DNA of 46,964 nucleotides from a virus (lineage: Duplodnaviria > Caudoviricetes): positions 1 through 46,964 of IMG/VR virus record IMGVR_UViG_3300005758_001464. One strand, written 5' to 3'. The notes beneath the pieces were generated by a model. It saw only the letters and a program-made list of their open reading frames with translations, was not told the DNA's origin and ran no database searches. The position numbers and the translations under genes were made by a program. Shown in pieces: positions 36,759-46,964 of this stretch (positions are counted from its first letter, which is position 1; every line of letters starts with the position of its first letter).

Positions 36759-38473
36759 TATTTGTTGTTTATATAGTATTCAACTTCTGACCTACTTACT
36801 CTGCCGGGCTTATTAACCTGAATTAATAATTTCATGCTTAATGCAACATTATTAAAAGTGTTTAATGCATAATTAAGCTCTTCTTCGGATATTTCACCTC
36901 TTTTAAGTCTTTCTTCCCAATGCGGTAAATAATCAAATTTAACATCACAGACTTCTAGATCAATATCATGTTCAAACGCCAATAAAGAATCGCTTTGATT
37001 TTCTTTCATTCGTTCAAAATTTTTCTTTTGATTAAGAAGCATGAAAGTACCTAATGTTATTAACCTCTTATGTGTAGGATCATCTAAAGCAATGTCGCAT
37101 CTCCAGTGTGGTACTTGAATTTCCCAAACTGCGCTGTTATCGCTTATTCGATACATTTCTTTTAATATGTTAATAAAGTCTTCGGGTGTATCACCTAAAT
37201 GTTCTAGTATATCTTTAGCCACTATATGACCAAATTCATTATCTTTCCATGGCCAAGGAGTAACATTTAAATCTACTATTTGATCGGGTTTTACTAGTTC
37301 GCTGTTGTCAACATTTAAGTAACCATCAAATTTATTAAGTCCGCATCCCAAATTTAACCGTTTTAGAACCTTGTCTTCATTTGGTAGTTCTATATGTTCT
37401 AGATTGAACTTTTCCTCTAATGCTTTATATAGTTTTTGGAAGGTTGCATTCCATTTACCGGCTTCTTCCTGACGGAACAATCTAACGCATTCATAGTAAG
37501 GGCTTCTATCATTTTCAGGACTACCGTATGCCCATGTATGATATGGCAGAATAGGAGGGCATACCCAAGTTTCTTTACCCATTGCTGCTGCAATATGTGC
37601 TATACTTGTGCAACTTGTGATAACTAAATCTAAGTTGGCAATACATGCCATTGTATCTTCCCAACTTAACAGGAAGTGTTGCAAATCTGTAATACCTTCT
37701 GGTAATTGAATAATGTTGTGGTCACGCTGTAAACTATAAATTTGCAATTCTTTATATTTTACAAGATTAGTCATGAAAGCCTCTGGAAACTTTCTGAATT
37801 GTTGATGTTCAAATTTAGGGTTGCCTGCCCAACGAATACCTACTTTAATTTTATCACTGTTTATTAAATTTTTCCATATATCCACACTAGACTGCAATGG
37901 TGACATATACGGTTTTCCGGGAAAATCATTAAATGTGTGTCCAGCGACCCAGCCCGCGCTGAACCCCGGAACCCAATAATCGTGCTCTACTGTATCTGCT
38001 GCGTTACGTAAGATAACGCCATCTACTCCCGGAATTCGTTGAAAAACGCTAACTAATTCTGGTGCAGCAGCCAAATATACTTTACTAGCACCTTGTTGTT
38101 TAAAACTGGTTGCAAATCGTGCATGTATGATCTCGTCCCCGTAACCGCCTTCTAAAGAAATGATAATGCCTTTACCTTTTATATTATGAACCTGAGGATT
38201 GTATATAGGTTTATCCGTTTTTAGTGGGCCGGATCCATACACGCTAATAAATCTACCGTTTTCTAGTAACTGACACCCAGTTTGATAATCACCTTGTTGT
38301 AATAAAAACCATCCTCGATTAAAACTATGTCGAATCCATGTTTCTGGATTTACTTTTCCGGACGGGTCTTTGCAGTTGTCCGGTCCGGCTCTTTCCATTT
38401 CTTCCGAAATAGCCCAAGCTTCTTTTTGTTTTCCTTGTAATTGATAAGCCAATAATTGATCAATTGGATGCAT
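36758..38473 (-). CDS. GT9/heptosyltransferase-like GT-B protein fused to a methyltransferase domain
   Basis: EGGYGDEI, VGIRWAGNP, LDLVITSCTSIAHIAAAMG; C-terminal LNLGCG...ILEH...DDPTH. Confidence 0.82.
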   Translation of the reverse strand: MHPIDQLLAYQLQGKQKEAWAISEEMERAGPDNCKDPSGKVNPETWIRHSFNRGWFLLQQGDYQTGCQLLENGRFISVYGSGPLKTDKPIYNPQVHNIKGKGIIISLEGGYGDEIIHARFATSFKQQGASKVYLAAAPELVSVFQRIPGVDGVILRNAADTVEHDYWVPGFSAGWVAGHTFNDFPGKPYMSPLQSSVDIWKNLINSDKIKVGIRWAGNPKFEHQQFRKFPEAFMTNLVKYKELQIYSLQRDHNIIQLPEGITDLQHFLLSWEDTMACIANLDLVITSCTSIAHIAAAMGKETWVCPPILPYHTWAYGSPENDRSPYYECVRLFRQEEAGKWNATFQKLYKALEEKFNLEHIELPNEDKVLKRLNLGCGLNKFDGYLNVDNSELVKPDQIVDLNVTPWPWKDNEFGHIVAKDILEHLGDTPEDFINILKEMYRISDNSAVWEIQVPHWRCDIALDDPTHKRLITLGTFMLLNQKKNFERMKENQSDSLLAFEHDIDLEVCDVKFDYLPHWEERLKRGEISEEELNYALNTFNNVALSMKLLIQVNKPGRVSRSEVEYYINNK

Positions 38474-38499
38474 ATGATTCCCTCTAAATTAACGTAAGT

Positions 38500-38507
38500 T
38501 ATTTATA
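38500..38507 (-). promoter_or_regulatory. T4-like late promoter TATAAATA
   Basis: Exact consensus upstream of the GAGGG RBS of the glycosylation operon. Confidence 0.7.
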
Positions 38508-38535
38508 GAGAAAATGTCTATCTCCAGAAAAACTA

Positions 38536-41500
38536 TTATTGACCAGTTGGATAGTTGATCGCTATTGCGAGTGTATTAGAAGTTCCGGCAGAAACGTCAG
38601 AATATGTGCCAGTTACCTGTGTAGGACTGGATCTGTTCAAAGTTGAATTAATGCCTAGTTGCCCTGCAACGTTCAATCCCCACATGAATAATTTATTATT
38701 AGTAATTCCAGCGGTATGACTTTCTCCTGCACTAATACTAGACCAGCTAGTAGTTCCTAAATTACCGTCTATTTTTGTAGGGGTTCTTACAGTAGTGATC
38801 GGATAATTGGCACCCACTTGATTTATACCTGATCTAGTGATACTAGCGAATGTTTCTCCTAGTTGTCCGGATAAGCCAAACCCCCAAACAAATAGATAAC
38901 CCTCACTAGTGATTGCACCAGCATTAGACTGTCCCGCACCTACCTTATTCCAACTTTGGGTAGACACAATTGTGGGTCTAGATCGCGCAGCTACTATATT
39001 ACTTCCTAAACCACCGTTTGTTCCAACTCCCCACGAATATAAAATATAGTCGTATCCAACACCGTAACCGTTGTTGTTTCCGGTGCTTATAGATGAGAAC
39101 TGTTGTTTGCCTACGTCAGCAAACATTAACAATTCTGTACCAGCAATGGCACTTAAGGGAGAGGTCGGGGGAGTAAAGTTAGCTGTATATACAGCGGTAC
39201 CTTTAACTACCCGTAAATTAGATATGTACCCATTAATAAATCCAGATGGTCCAGGAAACACACCTACGTAGGCATTAGATGAGTTAGTAATATTAAATCC
39301 AGTAGTTTGTCCGGTTATCGTCTGCGCTACGCCATTAAAATAAATAGATAAATTTCCCGAATTGTACACTATCGCTACGTGAGTCCAGACGTTTCTGGGG
39401 AACGGTATAGTAGTTCTGGGCGCGCCGACAAGACCTCCGTGTAAGCTTAAAAAGTTAGTACCAGTTTCTATGTACACATCAATAGAAATGTTATCATTAT
39501 TAACTGTTATTACTCTACTATTAGCTGTATATGCGACTAAGTAGAGATAAAATTCTATTGTACCCGTAGTACCCAACGCCCATGCAGCACTTGCAGGCAA
39601 AGTTACAGATGTAGTACTACCATTAAAAGAGCCGCTAAAACTATTCGGCACAGGTGTTATATCTGTTCTAAGCGTCAGAGGACCAGCTAGTGTTGTGGTG
39701 AAGGAATTAATACTGAAATCTCTAAAGGATATATTATTACCCACAAGAGTAGGAGTAGATTTACTAATTATTGAGCCATCGCCTAGCTGACCTGATGTTC
39801 CTAACCCCCATGCGTATGCTGTTCCGTCGCTAGTAGTACCTACAACGAAAGAATCATAAGTTGAGACTTGTGACCAGCTAGAATTGCTTATTTGTACTGG
39901 ACTAGATTTAAGTATAGTTGATTGATCTCCTAATTGTCCGATTGAGTTGAGACCCCATGTAAATAGTTTGCCATCGTTTTTTACTGCTGCACTATTGCTA
40001 CGGCCGGCGGTCACAAAAGACCACGAACCAGTGGCAATCTGCGCCGGCGACAGTACATTAACCGATATATATTGATTCCCTATTAATGAAGGATTTGAGC
40101 GGGATATAGCTTGATTATATCCCGAAATTTGTCCGGTAGTTCCTAATCCCCATGCATATAATTTATAGTCATTAGTGGTAGCGTATAGAGATCCGGTTCC
40201 TGCATATGCATATTGATAATAAGGGAAGGGCTGCGTTAAAAGTAATAATTGTGTGTTGGCCGTCGATATTACAGGTGCACTAGGCACTGATACAGTGCTA
40301 GAATTAGCATCGTATCCAACAGGAAGACTGTCCGTCACTATTCTAACATTGCTTATATATCCTGCTAATGGGTTAGCTCCGCGAGCCTGCCCAATAAATT
40401 GTGAGGCGGTTGAGGTCAAATCAGCGTTACAACTAAAACTGGCACCTCCAGTTCCGTTCAGATATAGCCTAGCTGTTCTTTGAGTCCTTACAATTGCAAC
40501 ATAATTCCATGTATTAAGCGTTAACGTTCCGCCGGTTGCGGTTGTCCCATCAATTCCGTCCCAAACAAAAGATAACACCAAACCATTAGTAACAAACAAC
40601 GAATAGCCATTTGTGCCCACTGCACCTTTACTTACTATACCTTGGTTGTTTCCAGTAGTATTGGTTATGTATACCCACGCATCAATTAGGAAATCAGAAA
40701 TATTAAAATTTAAAGCTGAGTTATGAGCAATAGTCAAAAAGTCAGTGGTACCATTTAATAACAATGAACCTGTATTTGCGAAGGGAACTATTTGATTTTG
40801 TATACTAGGTGTACCATTTACCAGTGCTGTAAATTCATTTACTCCCAAATCGATTACGTTAGTAGGTATGGTAGGAACATTAACTACTGTAGGACTTGAT
40901 CTACTAATTATATTTCCTAATCCCAATTGACCGGTATTGTTTAAACCCCAAGTAAAAAGAGTGTTAGAGCTTATTCCGGCAGTAAATGACTGTCCGGCGC
41001 TTACGAAATTCCAATTACCCGGAACTAATGTTGGAGATTTTGTTTCGAAATTTATTCCTTGTATAATAGTGGGATTACTTCTATTACCAATTAAGGAGTT
41101 ACCTAGTTGACCTATATTGCCTAAACCCCAAACATAAATTAGATTAGACGAGTCTAGTGCAACCGTAGTACTAAAACCCACTGCAAGACTACTCCAACTA
41201 CCTGATACTTGTACAGGAGAGCTTCTATTTCCTGTTATGTTAATTCCTAATTGACCTACTACATCATTGAGTCCCCAGGTAAAAAGTTGTCCCGCGCTGT
41301 CGATTGCCCCTGAACTATCTTGTTTCGCCGAAATAGAAGCATAGTTAGACAAACTACCCACTTGCACCGGTAGTGATCTGTTAACAGTGTTATTAATTCC
41401 CAACTGTCCCAAATTATTTAGGCCCCAACTAAATAGCCTAAAATTGTCTGTTAATGCCAAAGAGTGATTAACTCCCATACTAATTTGGCTCCAACTAGTA

Positions 41501-42432
41501 CCTGTAGCCACTTGAGTAGGTAAGGATCTATTTATACTAGTACCGTTTCCTAAAACAAACCCGGTGCCGGCACCCCAAGTATATAATTCACCTAAATTAT
41601 TGATAGCCGACGAAGAAGAGTTAGCTGCGCTAATCTGAGACCAGCTACCACTACCAATCTGCACAGGAAGTGATTTATTGATTGTAGTTTCGTCCCCCAA
41701 CTGTCCTGTGTTATTTTGTCCCCAAGAATATAAAATGTTTGTCTCGCTTACCGCCATTGAATGGTTAATTCCAGCTGATATCATAATCCAACTAGAAACA
41801 CCCGACACGGTTAATTGAACCGGAGATGATCTATTGATTGTTTCATTAATCCCCAATTGCCCGAAGGTATTAATTCCCCATGCAAAAAGCTTGCCGTCGA
41901 CTGTGATAGCTAATGAATGAGTATTCCCTGCAAATATCATTGAATAAGAAGAGCTTCCTATTTGTACCGGACTTGATTTATTTATGGTAGTATTATCTCC
42001 CAATTGTCCGCTAGAATTCCAGCCCCATGCCCAAAGAGTACCGTTATCTCTTATAGCTAATAAATGAGAAGTTCCTATAGAAATTGAGGTCCAGCTAGTT
42101 AACGTAGTTAATGTTTGAATACTAGGTTGATTGCCCCACATAAAAAGTGTATTGTCTATCGTAATTGCACCACTGTGGTCGAATCCGGCACTTACCAGTG
42201 TAAAACTGCTAGTCGAAATTTGAACTGGTAATGATCTATTAGTAGTTAATCCGATACCTACTTGAAAATTATTGTTAACACCCCATGCATGTAATGTGCT
42301 ATCACTTTTTATACCTGCAGTAAAATTGTTCAGGCTAGATACTTGAACCCAGCTAGAATTATCTACCAACTGCGGTTGCAATATATTTTGTGGTAATCTA
42401 TTTCCTAATAAAACTGGTGAATTAACTGGCAT
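38536..42432 (-). CDS. RCC1/BLIP-II repeat protein with two LamG-like inserts (probable virion fibre)
   Basis: Many WG.N..GQLG....NRSSPVQ repeats; two W..VA.V...Y.NG / GYISN.R.V domains. Confidence 0.88.
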   Translation of the reverse strand: MPVNSPVLLGNRLPQNILQPQLVDNSSWVQVSSLNNFTAGIKSDSTLHAWGVNNNFQVGIGLTTNRSLPVQISTSSFTLVSAGFDHSGAITIDNTLFMWGNQPSIQTLTTLTSWTSISIGTSHLLAIRDNGTLWAWGWNSSGQLGDNTTINKSSPVQIGSSSYSMIFAGNTHSLAITVDGKLFAWGINTFGQLGINETINRSSPVQLTVSGVSSWIMISAGINHSMAVSETNILYSWGQNNTGQLGDETTINKSLPVQIGSGSWSQISAANSSSSAINNLGELYTWGAGTGFVLGNGTSINRSLPTQVATGTSWSQISMGVNHSLALTDNFRLFSWGLNNLGQLGINNTVNRSLPVQVGSLSNYASISAKQDSSGAIDSAGQLFTWGLNDVVGQLGINITGNRSSPVQVSGSWSSLAVGFSTTVALDSSNLIYVWGLGNIGQLGNSLIGNRSNPTIIQGINFETKSPTLVPGNWNFVSAGQSFTAGISSNTLFTWGLNNTGQLGLGNIISRSSPTVVNVPTIPTNVIDLGVNEFTALVNGTPSIQNQIVPFANTGSLLLNGTTDFLTIAHNSALNFNISDFLIDAWVYITNTTGNNQGIVSKGAVGTNGYSLFVTNGLVLSFVWDGIDGTTATGGTLTLNTWNYVAIVRTQRTARLYLNGTGGASFSCNADLTSTASQFIGQARGANPLAGYISNVRIVTDSLPVGYDANSSTVSVPSAPVISTANTQLLLLTQPFPYYQYAYAGTGSLYATTNDYKLYAWGLGTTGQISGYNQAISRSNPSLIGNQYISVNVLSPAQIATGSWSFVTAGRSNSAAVKNDGKLFTWGLNSIGQLGDQSTILKSSPVQISNSSWSQVSTYDSFVVGTTSDGTAYAWGLGTSGQLGDGSIISKSTPTLVGNNISFRDFSINSFTTTLAGPLTLRTDITPVPNSFSGSFNGSTTSVTLPASAAWALGTTGTIEFYLYLVAYTANSRVITVNNDNISIDVYIETGTNFLSLHGGLVGAPRTTIPFPRNVWTHVAIVYNSGNLSIYFNGVAQTITGQTTGFNITNSSNAYVGVFPGPSGFINGYISNLRVVKGTAVYTANFTPPTSPLSAIAGTELLMFADVGKQQFSSISTGNNNGYGVGYDYILYSWGVGTNGGLGSNIVAARSRPTIVSTQSWNKVGAGQSNAGAITSEGYLFVWGFGLSGQLGETFASITRSGINQVGANYPITTVRTPTKIDGNLGTTSWSSISAGESHTAGITNNKLFMWGLNVAGQLGINSTLNRSSPTQVTGTYSDVSAGTSNTLAIAINYPTGQ

Positions 42433-45400
42433 TTATAAACCTAATTGTCCTGAACTATCCTGTCCCCATGCATAGATATTATTATTAATATCTCTTGCCA
42501 ATGTGAATTGATTTCCGGCACTGACTTGTACATAACTTCCGGGTATTTGTACAGGGGACAGTGTATTTATTTCTATGTTATTTCCTACTAGAGTGGGACT
42601 ACTACGTGAAATTACATCGCTTAATCCAAACTGCCCTGATCCATTACCAGAACCCCACATATACAACAATCCGTTACTGATTCCAGCAAAGCCGGCGGTG
42701 CTATTAGAGGCATTACTGATAATAGTCCAACTTTGGGACCCAATTTGAACCGGGCTAGACCTATTAATGTTAGTACTGTCTCCCAATTGTCTAAGATTGT
42801 TTAGACCCCATGCCCACAACGTTCCGTCGGTTCTTATTCCTATTGTATTGAATCTTCCGCCGATCACTGATGCCCAACTACCTGAAATCGTCACTGGACT
42901 AGACTTAGATATAGTAGTATTGTCACCCAATTGACCAAACTCATTATATCCCCAAACAGTTAAAGTACTATTTGATGCTAATGCAGCAGACATATCAAAG
43001 CCACCTAATCCACCTACACCCCTAAAAATTCCATTTGAGCTTATTTGAGTAAATACGCTTGTTCCAAAAGATCCGGCAAGAGTTACTGGGCTGGATCTTC
43101 TTATAGTAGTATTATCTCCCAGTTCACCATTTTGATTACTACCTGATCCATATAGTATACCTGTATTAGCAATAGCAAAGATCGTATATGTTCCGGTTGC
43201 TACCTGCGTATAGCTACTGACTGATGTGAGTGAAGTAAACGCCAACGTTGGGTTAGACCTAGTTGTCGTATCATTTGTCCCAAAAGTTCCATAGTCATTA
43301 AATCCCCACGCATACAATTTATTGTCTGTTGTGATTCCGGCGGTGTGGGCGTAGCCGGCGGCAATTTTATTAAAATTTAGTCCTCCGCTTACTACTACTG
43401 GACTCGACCTGTTTATTATATCATTTACCCCTAATTGCCCGCCCGTATTCCATCCCCAACCATATAAAATATTATTGCGAATAGCTATAGTATGGCTTGC
43501 TCCCGCTGATATACTAGACCAAACTTCGCTTCCTACTTGTACTGGACTACTTCGATCGGCTATGTCATTTACTCCTAATTGACCTACATTATTATTTCCC
43601 CAAGTAAAAAGCAACCCATCACTACGTATAGCAGCAGTATGACCATTACCCATTGAAACCATAGACCATGAGTACAAATCAGTTAGTCTTCCTATTTGTC
43701 CTAACGTGGGGTTACCCCAACCCCATAATGTATTATCTGATTTTATAGCCATACTGTGATCTGCGCCGGCGCTTGCTTGCAACCAACTATCAGAACTTAG
43801 TAAAGTTGGACTAGACCTAGTAATTGTATCACCGAACCCGAGAGTTCCAAAATTGTTGATCCCCCATGACCATAGAGTACCGTCACTCCTTATCGCTAAA
43901 CTATGACTTGCACCAACATTTAATTGATTCCAGCTATCATTTCCGATTTGAACGGGACTTGAAGTAAATGTCGAAAGTGCCGGAAGTAAAAAGCCATATG
44001 AATATATAGGATAAGTTTGTACCCAGTTTCCTGATACTTGAACTGGGCTACTTCGATTAATTGTATCCCCTGTGCCTAATTGACCAAATGCGTTGTTACC
44101 CCAAAGATATAAATTATTGCTTGAATCAACTGCTGAGCCGGTTGTTGCACTACTATTATTCATAGTATATATCCAACTGCGGCCGGCAGCAGCATTTAAC
44201 AATGTGGGGCTTGACCTCGCAACAATGTCCCCAAACCCTAATTGACCACTAGAATTATCTCCCCAAACCCAAAGTCTACTAACCGTATCTATTGCAAACA
44301 CACACCCACTTAATCCACTAGAAATGCTGGTGTAAGAATTTGCTCCCACTACTTGTACCGGACTATTAGGAGTGCTTTGGGTGGGTCGGCCGCCAGCACC
44401 GTTTGCCCACCCTCCCCATGACCACAATGTTGAATCTGTGCGTAATCCGACCATGCCGGTAAGAAAATCTTCTGCCGGGCCCGGTACACCAAAACAAGTA
44501 ATATCTCTCCAAGCACCCGTTACTTGAACCGGACTGTTTGTAGTGGAACTAGCGCCATTACCTAACGCTCCGCTACTACCCCATCCCCATGTCCAAAGTG
44601 TGTCATCTGCTTTTATAGCTGCGGCTACTCTTCCGGATGAGGTAACGAATTTCCAACTCACTGATGATGGTATTAGAGTCGGGGAGCTTCTGTTACTTCC
44701 GCTAGCGGCGGTCGCCACACCCAACTGCCCTATTCCGTTATTGCCCCAAGCATATAGTTCACCGTTCGACAAAATACCATATGCTGTGTACCAGCCCGAC
44801 GCGATGTGTGCCCAGGTGCTTGTTCCTATTTGTACAGGGCTAGACCTAGATCCGCTGCCGCCCAAGAAGGTGATTCCCAAAACACCGGAGTCATTAATTC
44901 CCCAGGACCAAAGAGTTCCATCTGTGCGTATAGCAAAAGAAAATCCATATCCAGTTGCTACCTGTATCCAACTGCTAGTTCCTATTTGAACCGGACTTGA
45001 CCGATTGATAGTTGTCCCATCCCCTAATTGCCCGACAGAATTTCCGCCCCATGCCCATAGTGTACCGTCTTGCCTTATGCCCACACTGTGCGATGCTCCG
45101 GTGGAAATTTGTGCCCAAGATGTGTTAGAAGAACTATACTGAATTCCTGTCTGTACTACACCATTGCCCCACATAACTAATTTATTATTACTTGTTATCC
45201 CACCCGCAAAATTTCCAATTTCGCTAGCACTAACATTTATCCAACTACTTGTACCAATTTGAGTCGGGCTAAACACTGTCTCTATATTTTGATTTGTTCC
45301 TGTTTGTCCTAAGTTGTTGACGCCCCACCCGTATAGTAAATTATTTTTTATACCAAAAGAAAATTTATTTCCGGCGCTGACTTGTAACCAAGATCCTTCT

Positions 45401-46962
45401 CCCTGCTCAGAATTCACAGTATATACAGGATTAGTGATATTAGAAAATCTAATATTTCTACCAAAAGAACCAATTTGAATAGGAGAGCTGCTATCGACCA
45501 CCGAAGAATAAGTAGCGTATGAAACGTTTTTGCCCCACACAAACATTAAACCGGCTTGATCTATAGCCGAACTATTATTTCTACCATTCCTAGACGCTAA
45601 CTTAGTAAATACATTAGTACTTGATACTAATACAGGACTTGATCGGTTGATATTCGAACTATTACCCAATTGTCCGGATGTTCCTGCACCCCATGACCAT
45701 ATTTGACCATTACTAGTTAATGCGGTAGTAAATCTTCCCTGTATTTGAGTTTCGTGATTAGTAGAGACTTGTATAAAGCTTGCGCCAGCAGCGCCAGTTT
45801 TAACTATGACCGGATTTGATCGGCTGCTGGTATTATTAATACCTAGTTGACCAGTGCTATTGTCTCCCCAGCCGTACACAGTAAAAGGCGTACCTAATCC
45901 TAAACCTGAAATGGCAAATGTGTAATTATTTCCGGCAGCTATATTTAACCACGGGGCGGCGCCCGGATTTGTGATCTGTACGGGTGAGCTTTTATTAACA
46001 GTAGTACCGTCTCCTAGCTGTCCTGCTGTGTTAGCTCCCCAAACCCACAGTGTATCGTCGGATCTCACAGCAACACTATGTGTTATTCCGACTGCAACTA
46101 ACTTCCAGCTACCGGCAGATATTTGAACCGGACTTGATTTAGTTATAGTAGTACCGTCTCCTAGTTCGCCGAGGCTGTTAGTTCCCCAAGCCCACAATGT
46201 TCCGTCTGTTCTAATGCCTAAATTGGGTCCGGTACCAATAGCGATTTGACTCCAGCTGCCGGCTACTTGTACTGGGCTTGATCTAATAAACGCATCGGAG
46301 TTGTCTCCTAACTGGCCAAATTGATTATATCCCCACGTAAACAATCTGTTATCTACGGTGATTCCTCCCATAGTAAGTCCAGCTTGTTCTCCAAAGCCGC
46401 CGCCGGTTACAAATGTCCAACTACTATTTCCTATCTGTACCGGGCTTGAAAAAATTGCGGTGTTGGGCTGATTTAAGCCAAATAAGGAAGGATATTCACC
46501 CCAAACCCATAAACTACCATCTTGCCTGATTCCATATCCATTAGTATATATTTGAGCAGTTTGAACCCAACTGTAAGTTTCTCCGGAAACACCGGTTTGT
46601 CCACTAGTATTCAATCCCCAACCATATAATTTTCCGTCAGTGGTTATGGCTAATGTGTGGTCTACCCCGCTACTTACTGTTGCCCAACTTTCCGTGCTTT
46701 GTACTTGAACCGGACTCGATTTAGATATAAAAGAAAGATCACCCAACTGTGCGTTTGTGTTTATTCCCCAGCCCCATAGTGTACTATCATTTCTAACTGC
46801 CAGCGATGTGTCTGATCCGGCAGAAACATTTGTCCATAAATATGGTTCAGTTAAGGTTCCCAATTGACCGGACGCGCCTAGACCCCATGCATATAGTTTA
46901 TTATTGGAGTCGATTGCCATACTATATGAGTTTGCTGCCGTAACTGAAATCCAGCTACCGTT
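42433..46962 (-). CDS. Giant RCC1/BLIP-II repeat protein, 5'-partial
   Basis: Continuous RCC1 repeats; the frame stays open past ATG 46920 to the window edge. Confidence 0.88.
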   Translation of the reverse strand, partial: NGSWISVTAANSYSMAIDSNNKLYAWGLGASGQLGTLTEPYLWTNVSAGSDTSLAVRNDSTLWGWGINTNAQLGDLSFISKSSPVQVQSTESWATVSSGVDHTLAITTDGKLYGWGLNTSGQTGVSGETYSWVQTAQIYTNGYGIRQDGSLWVWGEYPSLFGLNQPNTAIFSSPVQIGNSSWTFVTGGGFGEQAGLTMGGITVDNRLFTWGYNQFGQLGDNSDAFIRSSPVQVAGSWSQIAIGTGPNLGIRTDGTLWAWGTNSLGELGDGTTITKSSPVQISAGSWKLVAVGITHSVAVRSDDTLWVWGANTAGQLGDGTTVNKSSPVQITNPGAAPWLNIAAGNNYTFAISGLGLGTPFTVYGWGDNSTGQLGINNTSSRSNPVIVKTGAAGASFIQVSTNHETQIQGRFTTALTSNGQIWSWGAGTSGQLGNSSNINRSSPVLVSSTNVFTKLASRNGRNNSSAIDQAGLMFVWGKNVSYATYSSVVDSSSPIQIGSFGRNIRFSNITNPVYTVNSEQGEGSWLQVSAGNKFSFGIKNNLLYGWGVNNLGQTGTNQNIETVFSPTQIGTSSWINVSASEIGNFAGGITSNNKLVMWGNGVVQTGIQYSSSNTSWAQISTGASHSVGIRQDGTLWAWGGNSVGQLGDGTTINRSSPVQIGTSSWIQVATGYGFSFAIRTDGTLWSWGINDSGVLGITFLGGSGSRSSPVQIGTSTWAHIASGWYTAYGILSNGELYAWGNNGIGQLGVATAASGSNRSSPTLIPSSVSWKFVTSSGRVAAAIKADDTLWTWGWGSSGALGNGASSTTNSPVQVTGAWRDITCFGVPGPAEDFLTGMVGLRTDSTLWSWGGWANGAGGRPTQSTPNSPVQVVGANSYTSISSGLSGCVFAIDTVSRLWVWGDNSSGQLGFGDIVARSSPTLLNAAAGRSWIYTMNNSSATTGSAVDSSNNLYLWGNNAFGQLGTGDTINRSSPVQVSGNWVQTYPIYSYGFLLPALSTFTSSPVQIGNDSWNQLNVGASHSLAIRSDGTLWSWGINNFGTLGFGDTITRSSPTLLSSDSWLQASAGADHSMAIKSDNTLWGWGNPTLGQIGRLTDLYSWSMVSMGNGHTAAIRSDGLLFTWGNNNVGQLGVNDIADRSSPVQVGSEVWSSISAGASHTIAIRNNILYGWGWNTGGQLGVNDIINRSSPVVVSGGLNFNKIAAGYAHTAGITTDNKLYAWGFNDYGTFGTNDTTTRSNPTLAFTSLTSVSSYTQVATGTYTIFAIANTGILYGSGSNQNGELGDNTTIRRSSPVTLAGSFGTSVFTQISSNGIFRGVGGLGGFDMSAALASNSTLTVWGYNEFGQLGDNTTISKSSPVTISGSWASVIGGRFNTIGIRTDGTLWAWGLNNLRQLGDSTNINRSSPVQIGSQSWTIISNASNSTAGFAGISNGLLYMWGSGNGSGQFGLSDVISRSSPTLVGNNIEINTLSPVQIPGSYVQVSAGNQFTLARDINNNIYAWGQDSSGQLGL

Positions 46963-46964
46963 CC

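Noticed and set aside
23140-45000. Plus-strand ORFs such as 23140-23532, 28255-28524, 29335-29634 and 44543-44989
   Set aside because: Antisense shadows of long well-supported minus-strand genes
38536-46964. CRISPR array, DNA tandem repeats or DGR in the repetitive region
   Set aside because: Repeats are at the protein level with degenerate codons; no identical spaced repeats and no reverse transcriptase in the window
1-46964. Stop-codon reassignment
   Set aside because: Conserved genes (nrdA, nrdB, iscU, fabZ) are full length in the standard code and no suppressor tRNA is seen

Overview
AT-rich segment of a large T4-like (myovirus/jumbo-type) phage genome, read in the standard genetic code. 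Phage signs are the tRNA array, TATAAATA-type late promoters, a PAAR spike and nrdAB-glutaredoxin. A proteobacterial host is suggested by IscU/IscA and the split hldA/hldC genes (inference). Layout: (1) 1-5.3 kb, a minus-strand tRNA array with 12 intact tRNAs, 1 degenerate tRNA and 1 half-tRNA. It is interleaved with three endonuclease genes, a CX5R phosphatase and structured non-tRNA elements, and is preceded by a leader-peptide/terminator module resembling an attenuator. (2) 5.4-21.5 kb, a strand-alternating island encoding a dissociated type II FAS/PKS-like pathway: KAS, two ACPs, AcpS, FabZ, an SDR, three membrane desaturases, a B12-type radical SAM, a QueC-like ATPase, methyltransferases, and repeated small ABM/Dabb-like and cupin-like proteins. 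This is the best candidate for an undescribed system. (3) 21.5-30.7 kb, IscA/IscU, SleB-type hydrolase, PAAR, glutaredoxin, nrdB/nrdA. (4) 30.7-38.5 kb, an ADP-heptose, glycosyltransferase and methyltransferase module. (5) 38.5-47 kb, two giant in-frame RCC1-repeat genes, probably virion proteins. All calls come from reading motifs by eye; no database searches were run.
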